DNA of 64,000 nt from Macrostomum lignano. Taxonomy: Eukaryota. The DNA is taken from the NCBI GenBank assembly GCA_002269645.1, contig NIVC01000822.1, forward strand, positions 124,001 to 188,000, in the 5' to 3' direction. Every line of letters starts with the position of its first letter. Positions within the stretch are counted from its first letter, which is position 1. Shown piece after piece: positions 52,771 to 64,000 of the stretch. The notes below the pieces were generated by a model. The model made no database searches. It was not told the origin of the DNA and saw only the letters and a program-made list of their open reading frames with translations. Made by a program: the position numbers and the translations under genes.

Positions 52771-53346
52771 TTAAACTGGCAACATCACACTGTTCTCTGC
52801 ACTGGGGTCTTCGCTTCTGCTGGAACCAGCTGGGCTAGCGCTTTGTTGTCCCTGCCTCTTCCGGCTAGGAGCATCAGCATCATCGGCGATCTCTTCTGTC
52901 CCATGGTCATCAGCGGCGTCTTCGCTGTCCTCCGCATTTGGTTCTCGACCTTTACTGGAACCAGCCGAGTTAGCCGCGGATGGATGCAGTCGCTTCATCT
53001 GGCCAGGTACGTTAGCTCCTTCGTCAAGCTCTTCGGCAGCAATCTGCACACCGAGATGCTCTTCCAGTGCTCTTCCATTCCGATTAGCTGTGACTCGCTG
53101 AAGTTGCTCTTGAAGTCACTGGTTGTCAGCTCTCAGCTTGGCTATTTCAATGCGCTGCTCTGCAATAAGGCTAGTCAGCGCCTGCTTTTGGTCCGCTTCC
53201 TGCTGTCCGACTCGTTCAAGCGGTTCTAGTACTCGTGACTTCATTCGGCTGAGAAAGCCATTCATGTGCTGCTCAATAGCCCTTGCTTCGCGAGTCCACA
53301 TGTCGATGTAGCTATCGGGCTTCTTTGGTGGTTGAGACATCCTCAA
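52771..53346 (-). pseudogene. ~190-codon ORF (coiled-coil N-half, acidic disordered C-half) split by one in-frame TGA
   Basis: ORFs 53116-53346 and 52771-53049 share a frame, linked by 22 sense codons (LQEQLQRVTANRNGRALEEHLG). TATAAA-like motif at about 53447-53452 on the minus strand. Confidence 0.55.
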
Positions 53347-54652
53347 ATCTTTAAATTCAAGTTAATAGAAAAATAGTCGAGGTAAAGTAGATAACTTCTA
53401 TTCAATAAAATGGTCTTACTTCTGTCTCGCACTTGGCACTCCATATTTATATTAGCTTTTATTCATGGCGAGATTGAAAAAGTGCAACGCAAGGGACTTA
53501 CAGGGTGAGAAATGTGGTAATCAATATACCAGCCCTCTATTACTATTAAACTGGGACGCAATTGTAAAATTCTCAAAGTTACGTATTACCAAACCAACAT
53601 AAAGATCGCAGATCGCTTTGCCACGATCAGCGACCACCAGCATGGCTCAGGCTGGTTTGGGGTAAGGCAGAAATCAAACAATCGTCCAGCCAATCACAAT
53701 CGATCTTGCGAGGGCGCGTGCACTGATAGTGTGGCGTGAGTCACATTCACACGCACAACTATACAACCCATCTAAGTTTAATTTCATTCTGATTCTTAAT
53801 TTGACCTCATTATTTTACGTCAATATTATTTAGTAAAAATGCAGTGTATTAGTATTGAAGTGTATTAGTAGTGAATTGAAAAGTGAGAAATCGAACTTCT
53901 TCTCTCACTGCAAAAATCTTTTTCCTGAACAGACTGGTGTAACCACCCTTGTCGCCTGTCCGCTCCGTTGAGAGACGAACGCATGACCAGAGGGGGCAAT
54001 GACCGTAGGCTGCCTTTGACCGGGCAATTACCTGACGGACCTCCAGCAACAGACTGTCCCGCCCACATGATTGATAGCTTTGGTAGCGCTTTGTGACCAG
54101 AGGGCCAAGGACCCACATGGACCCCACCTGCAGCCAAGGTGCAATAGTTGGTCACTCGGTCATAGTATGACCGAGTGGCTGCCACCACTCTATGTGACCT
54201 GGCGCACCTGGATCTTACTACCAGACCTCTCGAGGCTAGAGCCCCGCCTGGGATGGTTACCAGGAGATTTAGGCTAACAGGGGAGACACATGCAGCCGAG
54301 TACAGGGACTCTGCTTGGGGCATGATCGGGAACTCTGGGCTCAATCTGGAGGATTTCTCAGCAGGGGATCCTCTGTGGCTGTGAGCGAGGCTGACGCGAC
54401 TTTGATTACTAAGAGTAGTATGAGACGAACATGTGCTGTCTATAGTTTAGATTGCTCAGGGCGAAGGGACGCGTCAGCATGGGATTGCAACCTTCCTACT
54501 GCCATTCTGTGCCAAGACTCGCTAATCCCTCTACTGCACGCACACACGGCCCCGCAGCACGCACTCACAGGAGGGCTTTGCACGGGGGGATGCCACTAGC
54601 TTACCCAACTTCCTTACGCTTGGCCACCCCGGGAGAAAGGCTTAGCAAGCCA

Positions 54653-54818
54653 TGTGTTGTGTATGAACTTAAGTTCTATGGTTTATGGGTGAAGCCTTAT
54701 TCATATTTTAAGTATAGCAGCCAGCTACTTCGCTGCTGAAAATATACGCGCTGCATGCATCTACGATCTCCTCCTAACTCGGAACCTTGCATTCGTCTCC
54801 GTTACTACGAAAAGCACA
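54653..54818 (+). mobile_element. Candidate short 5' LTR of a second Gypsy element
   Basis: TGTG...CACA termini immediately before the PBS; no partner LTR in the window. Confidence 0.45.
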
Positions 54819-54830
54819 TGGCGACGAGGA
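54819..54830 (+). promoter_or_regulatory. Primer binding site, tRNA-Ser(GCT)-type
   Basis: TGGCGACGAGGA, about 50 bp before the gag ATG. Confidence 0.75.
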
Positions 54831-54880
54831 AAATTTAATTCGCCACGGGACGATACTGCAGTCACCAAATCTTCATCCCG

Positions 54881-57205
54881 ATGTCTTCTGGACTCGACTT
54901 CCGACTGGGGGAGATGCCGCTGTGCTACCCCGATGTCGAACAGTATTTCAATCGCCTCGGTTTCTACATTAGCGCAACGGAAAAGAATGACCAGAGCAAA
55001 GCCGTTCTACTTGCTACTTGTGGAGATGCCGCATTTTCACTGATTGAGACACTTGTGCAGCCAGAAGACGTTTTAAACGATACAAAGTGTACGTTCGATT
55101 TCATCAAAGAAGCGGTACTGAGCCACTTGAAACCCAAGCGCCTTCTTCACTACGACAGACATCTGCTACATACCATGGTCCAAATACAGGGTGAGTCGGT
55201 GACAAAGTTTTTGGAGAGACTGAAGACACAGGCCAACAAATGCGAATTCGGCAAACTGCGAGAAGAGTTAATTCTTTCTCAGTATATTTTCGGACTGGCT
55301 GATAATTCTCTGAAGCAAAAATTACTAGTGAAGGAAAAGCTGGATCTAGAGACTGCGGTTAAGGATAGTCTCTTATCGGAGTCCGTATCTCAAGCTACTG
55401 ATTCGAGCAAAACCGTCGCAGCAGTGCAGAAAACCACTCACAAGAAGACCGGCAGCAACCAAAAGTATCCAACGGTATCCAGGCCAATGCCAACAACGCC
55501 GAATCATTCTAAGTCTAGCTGCCATTCCTGTGGTAACCCGGGTCATCTTAAAAATACCTGCAAGTTCCGTAATGCGACATGTCACAAGTGCGGAAAAACC
55601 GGGCACATTGCCAGAGCATGCAGGTCCAACATCGGTGGCAGCAAGAAAGTCACGTACGCGGAAGTTGAAGCAACCGACGCTGATCCACCTGATTCAGCTG
55701 TGTACTCGGTGATCAAGGCTACTCCATGCGACGAACTCTGGAAAATAGTCTGCACAATCGGTGATTCCACAGTCCATATGTGCGTCGACTCTGGTAGTCA
55801 GGTAACAATTCTGCCAGTAACCATCGTAGAGCAAGCCGGATTGCACATGGTTGACGCGGACATTCGATCACTCAAAGTTTTCAGGGGAGCTTCAGTTTCC
55901 GTACGAGGCATGGCTAAGGACGTCACGATTGAGCTGAGAAACGGCAAAACGGCATGCGGAGACATATATGTCGGGGACCCATCTAGTCAAGCCATTTTGG
56001 GAATAAATTTTATTCGTGCCTTCAACATATTGACGGTAGACGAATTTCTGTGCCATCCAGTGCAGTGTGATGAAAATTCAAGATTCCAGGCCAGCTTTCG
56101 CCTGAAGGACGGGGCCTCTACCGATGGAATGTGCTTTCCTGCCAGATCCCTTCCGTTCTAAATTAAAACTTTGGTTGAACTGGAGCTGAAAAGACTGGAA
56201 AGTGCAGGCATCATCTACCCAGTTCACTCGCCTAAGGTATCGTGCCCTATTGTTCCTGTGTTGAAACCAGAAGGATCAAAGAGACCCATTAGACTGTGTG
56301 GAGACTATTCAGTCACTCTCAACAGACTGATAGACCGAGATCGATATCGACTGCCAACTTTGAAAGAAATCCTTCAAAAGATCCCAAATTCGAAAGTGTA
56401 TTCAGTGCTCGACCTCGAAGACGCATTCTTGCAGATTCCCCTAACGCCAGAAAGTCAGGATCTTACGTGTATTTCCACCCATGTAGGACATTTTGCCTTC
56501 CGCAAGTTACAATTTGGGGTATCGGCAGCACCACTGATATTTCAGGAAGTTATGGATATCTTGCTCAAAGGAATACCAGGCACTGCTTCTTATCAGGACG
56601 ACATCATTCTAGGCACTGAAACAATGGAGCAGCATCGACGATCCTGGTGCAAGTCAAGGAAAAACTGAAAAAGCATGGATTCAAGATCAATGAGAGTAAG
56701 ACTCAGGAGTGCAAGAAAGAAGTCACATTTCTGGGATTTCTCCTCCGAGATGGGAAACTTTTGCCTGATCCTGCAAGAGTGGAAGCTCTATCCAACTTGT
56801 CAGAGCCAAAAGACCGGGATCAATTGAGAAGTGCTATATGCACCTTAAGACACTACGGGATTTTTTGTCGGAACTTCTCTATGATCGCCAAGCCGCTCTA
56901 TTACCTCCTAAAGAAAGGGGTTCAGTGGAAATGGACTGTCGTTCACTCAAGTGCGTTCTCTCAACTGAAAGCTGCTGTAACGGAAGGTCGAATCGTTTCT
57001 TATGATATAAAAAGGCCGTTATTTCTAACCTGCGACGCTTCTCAGAGTGGAGTCGGATTTGTGCTGTCCCACGACACGAACCAAAAAGAAGTTGTATGGC
57101 TGGGAAGCAGAGTTTTGACCAAGGCTGAGGCCAACTACGCCAACATTGAGCGGGAGGCTCTTGCAATTATCGAGGGTGTAAAATATTTTCATCAATTTCT
57201 GGCCA
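54881..57205 (+). pseudogene. Decayed Ty3/Gypsy gag-pol (Gag, two CCHC knuckles, protease, RT, partial RNase H)
   Basis: CHSCGNPGHLKNTC, CHKCGKTGHIARAC, VDSGSQVT, RLCGDY, LQFGVSAAP, YQDDI, CDASQSGVG, EREALAII. In-frame TAA at 56159, frameshift near 56645, truncated near 57205. Confidence 0.93.
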
Positions 57206-57404
57206 GAGCGACCAGAGCGTGGTTACATCAAGACAGTGAAATTAATCGTATTAAAATGAAATTTACAGGTTCAGTGATCTTCTTATGCCTAAAAGTCATC
57301 CTCTTGCTCAGCTTTTTAGTGCTTATAAATGAAATTCCCATCTGTTTTGCGAATTCCCTACCATCTGCTAACTCGATTAGCAACATTCCTCCATTAGAGG
57401 ATTT

Positions 57405-57665
57405 CACCATCAACAGCATTCTCCCATCAGCAGAATTCCCCCATCAACAGCATTCCCCCATCAACAGAATTCCCCTATCAACAGCATTCCCCCATCAGCA
57501 GAATTCCCCCATCAGCAGCATTCCCCCATCAACAGCATTTCCCCATCAGCAGCATTCCCGCATCAGCAGAATCCCCCCATCAGCAGCATTCCCCCATAAA
57601 CAGAATTCCCCCATCAACAGCATTCCCCCATCAGCAGCATTCCTCCATCAGCAGCATTCCCCCAT
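57405..57665. repeat. 17-bp minisatellite (CCCCCATCAGCAGCATT)
   Basis: Period 17 read directly; follows the Gypsy truncation. Confidence 0.9.
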
Positions 57666-58434
57666 TAACGCAGCTCAGTCTGTTAAGCAACGTAGTTAAG
57701 CAATAGATCAGTCACTATATTAGTTCAGAAACTCAGTGAGTCAATAATTTCCTACTTATTTAAAGACTCTCCTACTCAGCCCAAAGGCTTTCTACTTTGT
57801 CATGATAATTAAGACAGTTAAATTGAATCGATAATGTACGCGTTTAATAAGTGGTGCTATTAAAATTGAAAAGACGGAAGACATCATTCAGGACTTTCAA
57901 CTTCAGTTTAACTCTTTTTATGGCTTCAGTGCGAATGTAACGTGCACTTTACTATATTATAAATTTAGCCATAGTGGAAAGTCCCGCCAGGAGCTGGAGT
58001 CTCGTAGAATACTTGTACATCAATACATCAACTAAATGCGTATAAATTACTCATAGTAGCAGGTAAAATACAGTCTCCAGAGTAAAAATAAGTATGAATA
58101 AGCTAGTTAGTATTCTACAGAATCAGATATTGAACAGAGAATTTCCTGATTTTTTTCGCGGAATATAGCATTATAGTAGAATTTTTCTTCATATATAGCT
58201 GGCGCACATTTACTGTGATGCTGGGTGAAAAGCTGTGATGGTGGGCACCAGCATTATTGAAACTAATTGAAATTAATAACTGCTCAATAACTGCGGCTGT
58301 ACTGGTATTAAGCATCTTGGGGGGTTTGATAAAGGTATTGCCTTAAATATAAGCTATTTAAAAATATTAAAAATAAAAATAAAATAGGATGCATATAATG
58401 AGACTAAGGGCTTATATGCATATAAATCTGTTGA

Positions 58435-59108
58435 AAAAGTTTGGAGTTGCGATAAAGTAGGAGTTTGCGATATGGAAGAGCGTACAATGAGTATATAAAG
58501 TAAAAAGTATAGAAATCTTTTTTTAATGCTGTGCTCTTAATTTTTCGAATCTCAGCAAACAAATTATATTTCCGAACTCAGCGTTCCTAGCTCTTTCCAG
58601 CAATACAAGGCTCTCTTCTGAAAGTGAAAAACTCGAAGCACAAACAACGATTACACATTCCTGCTTAAAAGCATTGAAATTAAAAAGGTGTACATTCAGC
58701 GCTAGCTACAGTGAGAGGCCTGCAAGTTGATGCATCAAAATTAACAACCAAGCAATGCCCAAGAATAATAGAATGGCGACACCCTCCCCAAATTTCAATA
58801 ACTTAAAGGTGTTGCGCAACCTTTCAACGCTTGTAGCTTTCCACGCGAGTGTAGATAACCAATGCTATAGTTGGCACTGAGTTATGATGCAATACAAATC
58901 CATCGGCAGTCGGAACGCTTCTCAATCGGAAAAACTGTTTGAACTTGAAAAACGGGGCAAAAAACGAGTTTTTCGAATATTTAATCCCAAACAAATGAAG
59001 CAACTTCTTAGCAAAATTTTGTGTACCAGCGCACCATCAATACGCATCGAATGCAGAAAACTCCACGATATTCCGACCACGCAAAGTCAAGTTAAACGAA
59101 GGTTCCTA
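58435..59108 (-). mobile_element. Helitron family A 5' region lacking its terminal ~60 bp
   Basis: Reverse complement of about 9541-10225. Confidence 0.8.
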
Positions 59109-59200
59109 TCTCTACCTATAAAAATCAAAACTCTGTCTGTCTGTCTGTGTGTCTGTCTGTGTGTGTACAATTTTGATCGCTATGAACTCTTAAACCGCTC
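59109..59200 (+). mobile_element. Helitron-like 5' end (A|TCTCTACCTATAAAAATCAAAAC plus TGTC microsatellite); 3' extent unknown
   Basis: Same architecture as the other 5' ends in the window. Confidence 0.6.
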
Positions 59201-60289
59201 AACCAAATGACACCAAACTTTACACCCACCCTTAAACTTACTACGGAGAATGTCTTAGCTACCTTTAAATTTCCTAGACTCAAGTCTTCCTACCTAAAAG
59301 TACAAAAAACTGCTCAAAATGCGCAATTTTTTCACTAAATCCTCCATAGCGCCGCTCCACTTCTACCGATCCTCTTCAATTTGACACAGACAATTTTTAA
59401 CTATTTTGACACAATCGTGTAAAATTTCGAGTCTCAAAGTTAATCCTGAAAGGCGCTGTGCACTTTTAAAGTTAGGCTGTTTTTTTCAGCGAGGCAGCCA
59501 CCCCAACCTCCGCCCGCCTGCCTCTCTTTCCCGATCTGGGCAAAGGGTGTGAATAGGTTTTAAAATGCCTAACTTTCAGCTGCCATATTTTTGCTCCACG
59601 TGAAGCGATTGACTTCAAATTTGACACAATTCTTCATTGACTCATTCTCTGCCAACATGTAAGTCTCAACTCTGAATCTCAATCAGGACGGAAACTGTAA
59701 GCATGTGAAGTTTGTCTGCTTTTTCTGTTGTTTGTGCCACTCACTCACTCATTCCCCCAGCCCAGACAAAGGGTCAGGCGATAGGGCTCAATGTACATAG
59801 CGAATGTACAGTGTTTTGGAATAACTTTTTAATAGCCTTCTCCGCACCTCGCGCGTGGAGAGGCTACGTTTAGCCATGACAGTTTAGCGAGAGATTCAAA
59901 CCAGTGTCCTCTGTATAGACAAGTCTGCAGCAGTTTAACAGTGGATGGCAAATCAAGGCGATGCTGGATGGTTTGTAAAAATAGCGAAAAATTAATAACT
60001 GATTAGTAGTGATTACAATGCAATCCTACTAAATTAGTTACACCATGAAAATTTTAACATTAAGATTAGCATAAGGTACTTTAAAATTTAAATAGCTCCT
60101 AAGAAATACGTATTTCCTTGGTTGTTAGACTGCTGCAGAGTGGTGGTGGAGCTGGGCTGGAGGGAGATACACAAATTCCTCTCAGGGCTGCTAATTGGCC
60201 AGAAATATGATGTGATTAAAGCATAACAACCATGAGAGTACTACGTCCCACAAACGCTTTCGAAGCGGGGATTGGCAGACTTTAAACTC

Positions 60290-61674
60290 AAATGCCAGAT
60301 AAAGAATCAAGCTCATTGCTAATGAGATGAGAGTGAAAAGGAGAAGGAATAGACTATAAGAAGAGAGGAGAAGCGAGAGGAGGATAAGAGAAAAGATAGA
60401 AGACAAGAAGAGAGACGATGGGGTAAGGATAAGGAGTGAGCAGATAATATTGGAGTAAGAAGCGAGAGGAGGGGAGAGAGAAGGGAGAGGAAAGAGTAGA
60501 AGTGAGAAGAGGGAGAGAGAAGATGGGAGAGATGAGACAGGATCGATGACAGAGGAGAGTAGAAAAGAGTGAGAAGAGAGTAGAGATGAGAGATGAAGGA
60601 GGAGAGAGCAGAGTGCAGAAAGGCGAGAGAAGAGAATAGAGGGGAGGGAGTATAAAAGAGAGAAGAGAAGAGGAGTAACGAAAGAGAGGAATCAGAAGAG
60701 GGTAAAGAGAAGAGTACACTGAAGATTGGAGAGTACAGATGACAGAAAAGAGAGGGGAGTAGAGTGAACACGATATCTGAGAGGAGAGAGGAGAGCGGAG
60801 AGAGGAGTCAGATGAGGGGAAAGAGAAGAGTACAGAGGAGAGGGGTGAGAACATACGAGTATACGAGAGTAAAGATGACAGATGAGAGAGGGAAGATGAG
60901 ACTGAGAGAGCAAAGACGAGAGTGAACACACGAGAGATGAAAGAGTAGAGAGAAAAGAGGATAAATAAGAAATAAGAGATGAAAGGTGAGACAAAGGGGA
61001 AGAGAGAAGTGAGTGAGGAGAGAGGAGGGGAGGGGAGAGAATCGAGAGGACAGGGGAAAGAGGGGAAAGGATGAGAGAGATGAGAGAGGGGAGAGGAGAG
61101 AGAGGGAGGGATAGAGGTAGAGAGCATGCAGAGAGAAATGAGAAGAGATAAGAGAGAAAAGATAAAAGAAGAGAAAGGAGAGATAGATAAGAGAGCAAAG
61201 ACGAGAGAGGAGAGGTGAGGGAAGAGACGATAGAAGAGAGGAGAAAGAAGAGAGGAGAGGAGAAAGACGAGAGAGTACAGAGTACAGAGGAGGGAGGAGA
61301 GGAGAAAGGAGAGAGGAGAAGTGTTCGGAGAGGGTAGAGTAAGGAGTGAGAAGAGGGGAGAGGGAAGAGAGAGTAGAGAGCAGAGAGAAGATAGAGTAGA
61401 GAGCAGAGAGAAGAGAGAGTAGAGAGCAGAGAGAAGATAGAGTAGAGAGCAGAGAGAAGAGAGAGTAGAGAGCAGAGAGAATATAGAATAGAGAGCAGAA
61501 AGAAATGGGAAGAGATAAAAAAGGAGAAAGGGAGAGATAAGAGAGCAGAGACAAGAGAGGAGAGGAGAGGAGAGAAAAGAATAAGAGGGAATAGACGAGA
61601 GAAGAGGGGATAGAGGAGAAAGAGAAGAGACCACAGACCAGTGAGAAGAGAGAAAACAGAAGAGAAGGTAGAGA
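60290..61674 (+). repeat. Purine-rich (GA) low-complexity tract
   Basis: Nearly all A/G; short 21-bp tandem at about 61370-61490. Confidence 0.95.
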
Positions 61675-61976
61675 TACAGTACCGGCCACGGGAAGGCTCT
61701 AATTTCCCGCGGGTGCTCCCGCAGGATTCCCGCGGGAAAGGCTTTCTATTGGCTACAGCTCTCCCTTTGCCCGAACCCCTCCCCGCTGGATGAAATGGGG
61801 TCTCGGGCGAATAAGAAGGCATTGCTGGCAGCTGGGGTGTATACTGTTAGTTTTGAATTAATGAATGTTAGTTGTGAGTCATTTTCAATAATCTAGACTA
61901 TACTAATTACATGAAACAGTTAAAATTTTGCTCTTTCAAGTTCTTATTATTTTCAATTACGAACATAAAGTGAACT

Positions 61977-63980
61977 ATGGCATCTGGAGTGCATCTCAAG
62001 GAGACCACAAAGCAAGATATACTGCGCATGTTTTTTAGTGAAAAAAACTCATGCAAATCAATAGCAGAAAAATTAGGTGTATCAATAATTGCTGTGCGCA
62101 GAACACTTCTGGCCTCAAAGGCTTCGAAGAAACGTGGGAAAAATCGTAATTTTGTAAATATTGAAGCCTGTCATTTGGCTTTCATCGATAGAAAAATCGA
62201 AGAATCCACAGGCTTTATTTCAGCTGCCTGTCTCTGTGCTGCATTAGAGAAGCAGTTTGAAATGCGCATTTCTAGGCGAACGATGAACAGAGTTCGAAAT
62301 CGATTGAATTGGCTGCGAACAAGCACTGAGTACTGTCAGATAGTGAAACTAAAAAACAGGCCTGTGCGTTGCCTTTGGAGTCTTAATGCCATTCTCAGCG
62401 GTGATACATTCGACAATGTAATATTTACTGACGAGTGTTCTGTTTTCTTGAATAGAAAGACTAAAAGAATTGTGTTTCGAAGAGGGTATGAGAAACGTCC
62501 GCATATTCAAGTTCCGAAGCATCCTCTGAAGGTAAGAATTTAACCATCAATTTATTTTGAATATAAAAATCTTGCAAATAATCAAACCTCATGTTATTAA
62601 AACTCAAACACCGTAGGTGCACGTCTGGGGAGGAGTCAGCAGACGAGGGCCGACAAACGTGGTCATCTTCCAAGGTTGCATGGATGCAGAGTTTTATGTT
62701 CAGGAGATTCTGCAAAATACTCTTCTGCCTACAATCAAAGCAAAATTTCCGGATGGGCACCGACTATTTGCGGTACGGATTTTTAAGTTCACTCCCAATT
62801 CACTCTCCCTTCTCCCTTTATTCTCTCCTCTCCTTTACCTCCCTTCTCCCTCTATTCTCTCCTCTCCTTCACCTCCCTTCTCCCTCTATTCTCTCCTCTC
62901 CTTCACCTCCCTTCTCCCTATATTCTCTTCTCTCCTTCACCTCCCTTCTCCCTCTATTCTCTTCTCTCCTTCATCTCCCTTCTCCCTTTATTCTCTCCTC
63001 TCCTTCACTTCCCTTCTCCCTCTATTCTCTCCTCTCCTTCACCTCCCTTCTCCCTCTATTATCTCCTCTCCTCCACCTCCCTTCTCCCTTCTCCCTCTAT
63101 TCTCTCCTCTCCTTCACCTCCCTTCTTCCTCTATTCTCTCCTCTCCTTCACCTCCCTTCTCCCTCTATTCTCTCCTCTCCTCCACCTCCCTTCTCCCTTC
63201 TCCCTCTATTCTCTCCTCTCCTTCACCTCCCTTCTTCCTCTATTCTCTCCTCTCCTTCACCTCCCTTCTCCCTCTATTCTCTCCTCTCCTTCACCTCCCT
63301 TCTCCCTCTATTCTCTCCTCTCCTTCATCTCCCTTCTTCCTCTATTCTCTCCTCTCCTTCATCTCCCTTCTCCCTCTATTCTCTCCTCTCCTTTATCTCC
63401 CTTCTCCCTCTATTCTCTCCTCTCCTCCATCTCCCTTCTCCATTTATTCTCTCCTCTCCTCCGTCTCTCCGCCTCCATTCTCTACCTCTTTCCTTCTACT
63501 CCCCCTCTCTCCCTTCACAGTCTGCTTGTTTTTGAAAATGTATTGAATACTTAAGCATATGTCCTATATTTTCGCTATTATGTAAATTCTAGGACAATGA
63601 CCCAAAGCACTGCAGCCGCAGAGCAGCTGAGTTCATGTCTACTCATTCAATTACGTGGTGTCGAACCCCATCCGAGTCTCCTGACATCATGTCGCCTATA
63701 GAGGTAAGTGTCACACACTTTTTTAAAGATCGCACTTGTATAGAATATTTTGCTATTTCTCATTTTCTCTACAATTTGAATCCATCAGAATACCTGGAGC
63801 TTCATGAAGGAATTCCTAGACAAGGATGTAAAACCTAAGACCCAGGCCGAGCTAATACAAGGCATCGAGGATTTCTGGTCCAAGAAGATGACAGTTAAAG
63901 TGTGCAACAAATTTATTGACCACATTTTTACTGTTTTACCTACCGTGGCCGTCAACATTGGAAACCCATCAGGGTTCTAA
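61977..63980 (+). CDS. Four-exon Tc1-family transposase, ~337 aa (61977-62531, 62617-62772, 63593-63703, 63789-63980)
   Basis: HTH-like N-terminus, NVIFTDE, VHVWGG, DNDPKH, SPDIMSPIE, NTWSFMK. Three GT-AG phase-0 introns give an uninterrupted frame. Confidence 0.9.
62795..63515 (+). repeat. Pyrimidine-rich ~34-bp minisatellite (CTCCCTTCTCCCTCTATTCTCTCCTCTCCTTCAC) inside transposase intron 2
   Basis: Read directly. Confidence 0.93.
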
Positions 63981-64000
63981 TACCTGTGAAGAATGTGTTG

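Larger units (their letters stand above)
61677..64000 (+). mobile_element. Tc1/mariner DNA transposon; right TIR beyond the window
   Basis: TA|CAGTACCGGCCA left end resembles the Tc1 terminus TA|CAGTGCTGGCCA; transposase follows. Confidence 0.85.

Noticed and set aside
53938-54652. Possible solo LTR (TGTAACC...CA)
   Set aside because: No TSD, PPT, PBS or second copy.
57206-57699. C-terminal extension of the RT/RNase H ORF
   Set aside because: Read-through into unrelated DNA and the 17-bp minisatellite.
60191-63546. Long Leu/Ser/Pro-rich ORFs (up to 426 aa)
   Set aside because: CT-rich low-complexity strands lack stop codons.

Overview
Repeat-dominated window of a metazoan (invertebrate-like) nuclear genome; the taxon cannot be fixed from sequence alone. 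Main contents, in order: (1) a 14/16-bp satellite (1-3.2 kb), apparently intronic to a BCL11/Ctip-like zinc-finger gene whose 5' coding exon is at 4631-5370 (-). (2) Non-autonomous Helitron-like elements joined head-to-tail at CTAG|TC junctions (9.4-18 kb on +, 35-40 kb on -). They carry tRNA-like Pol III cassettes and G-rich minisatellites, and one family runs directly into a 23-bp satellite that fills about 16 kb in two convergent arrays across a 926-N gap. (3) A 5'-truncated Ty3/Gypsy element with integrase, an extra 3' ORF bearing a VIDLT SUMO-interacting motif, PPT, LTR and an unexpected downstream tRNA-Leu PBS. (4) An RNase H LINE fragment inserted into a hidden two-exon zinc-knuckle gene. 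(5) A second, decayed Gypsy gag-pol. (6) A Tc1-type transposon whose ~337-aa transposase reads open across four exons and three phase-0 introns, with an E2F/CCAAT-like upstream region. Most ORFs in the supplied track are repeat-derived noise. All homology calls come from motif recognition by eye; no searches were run.
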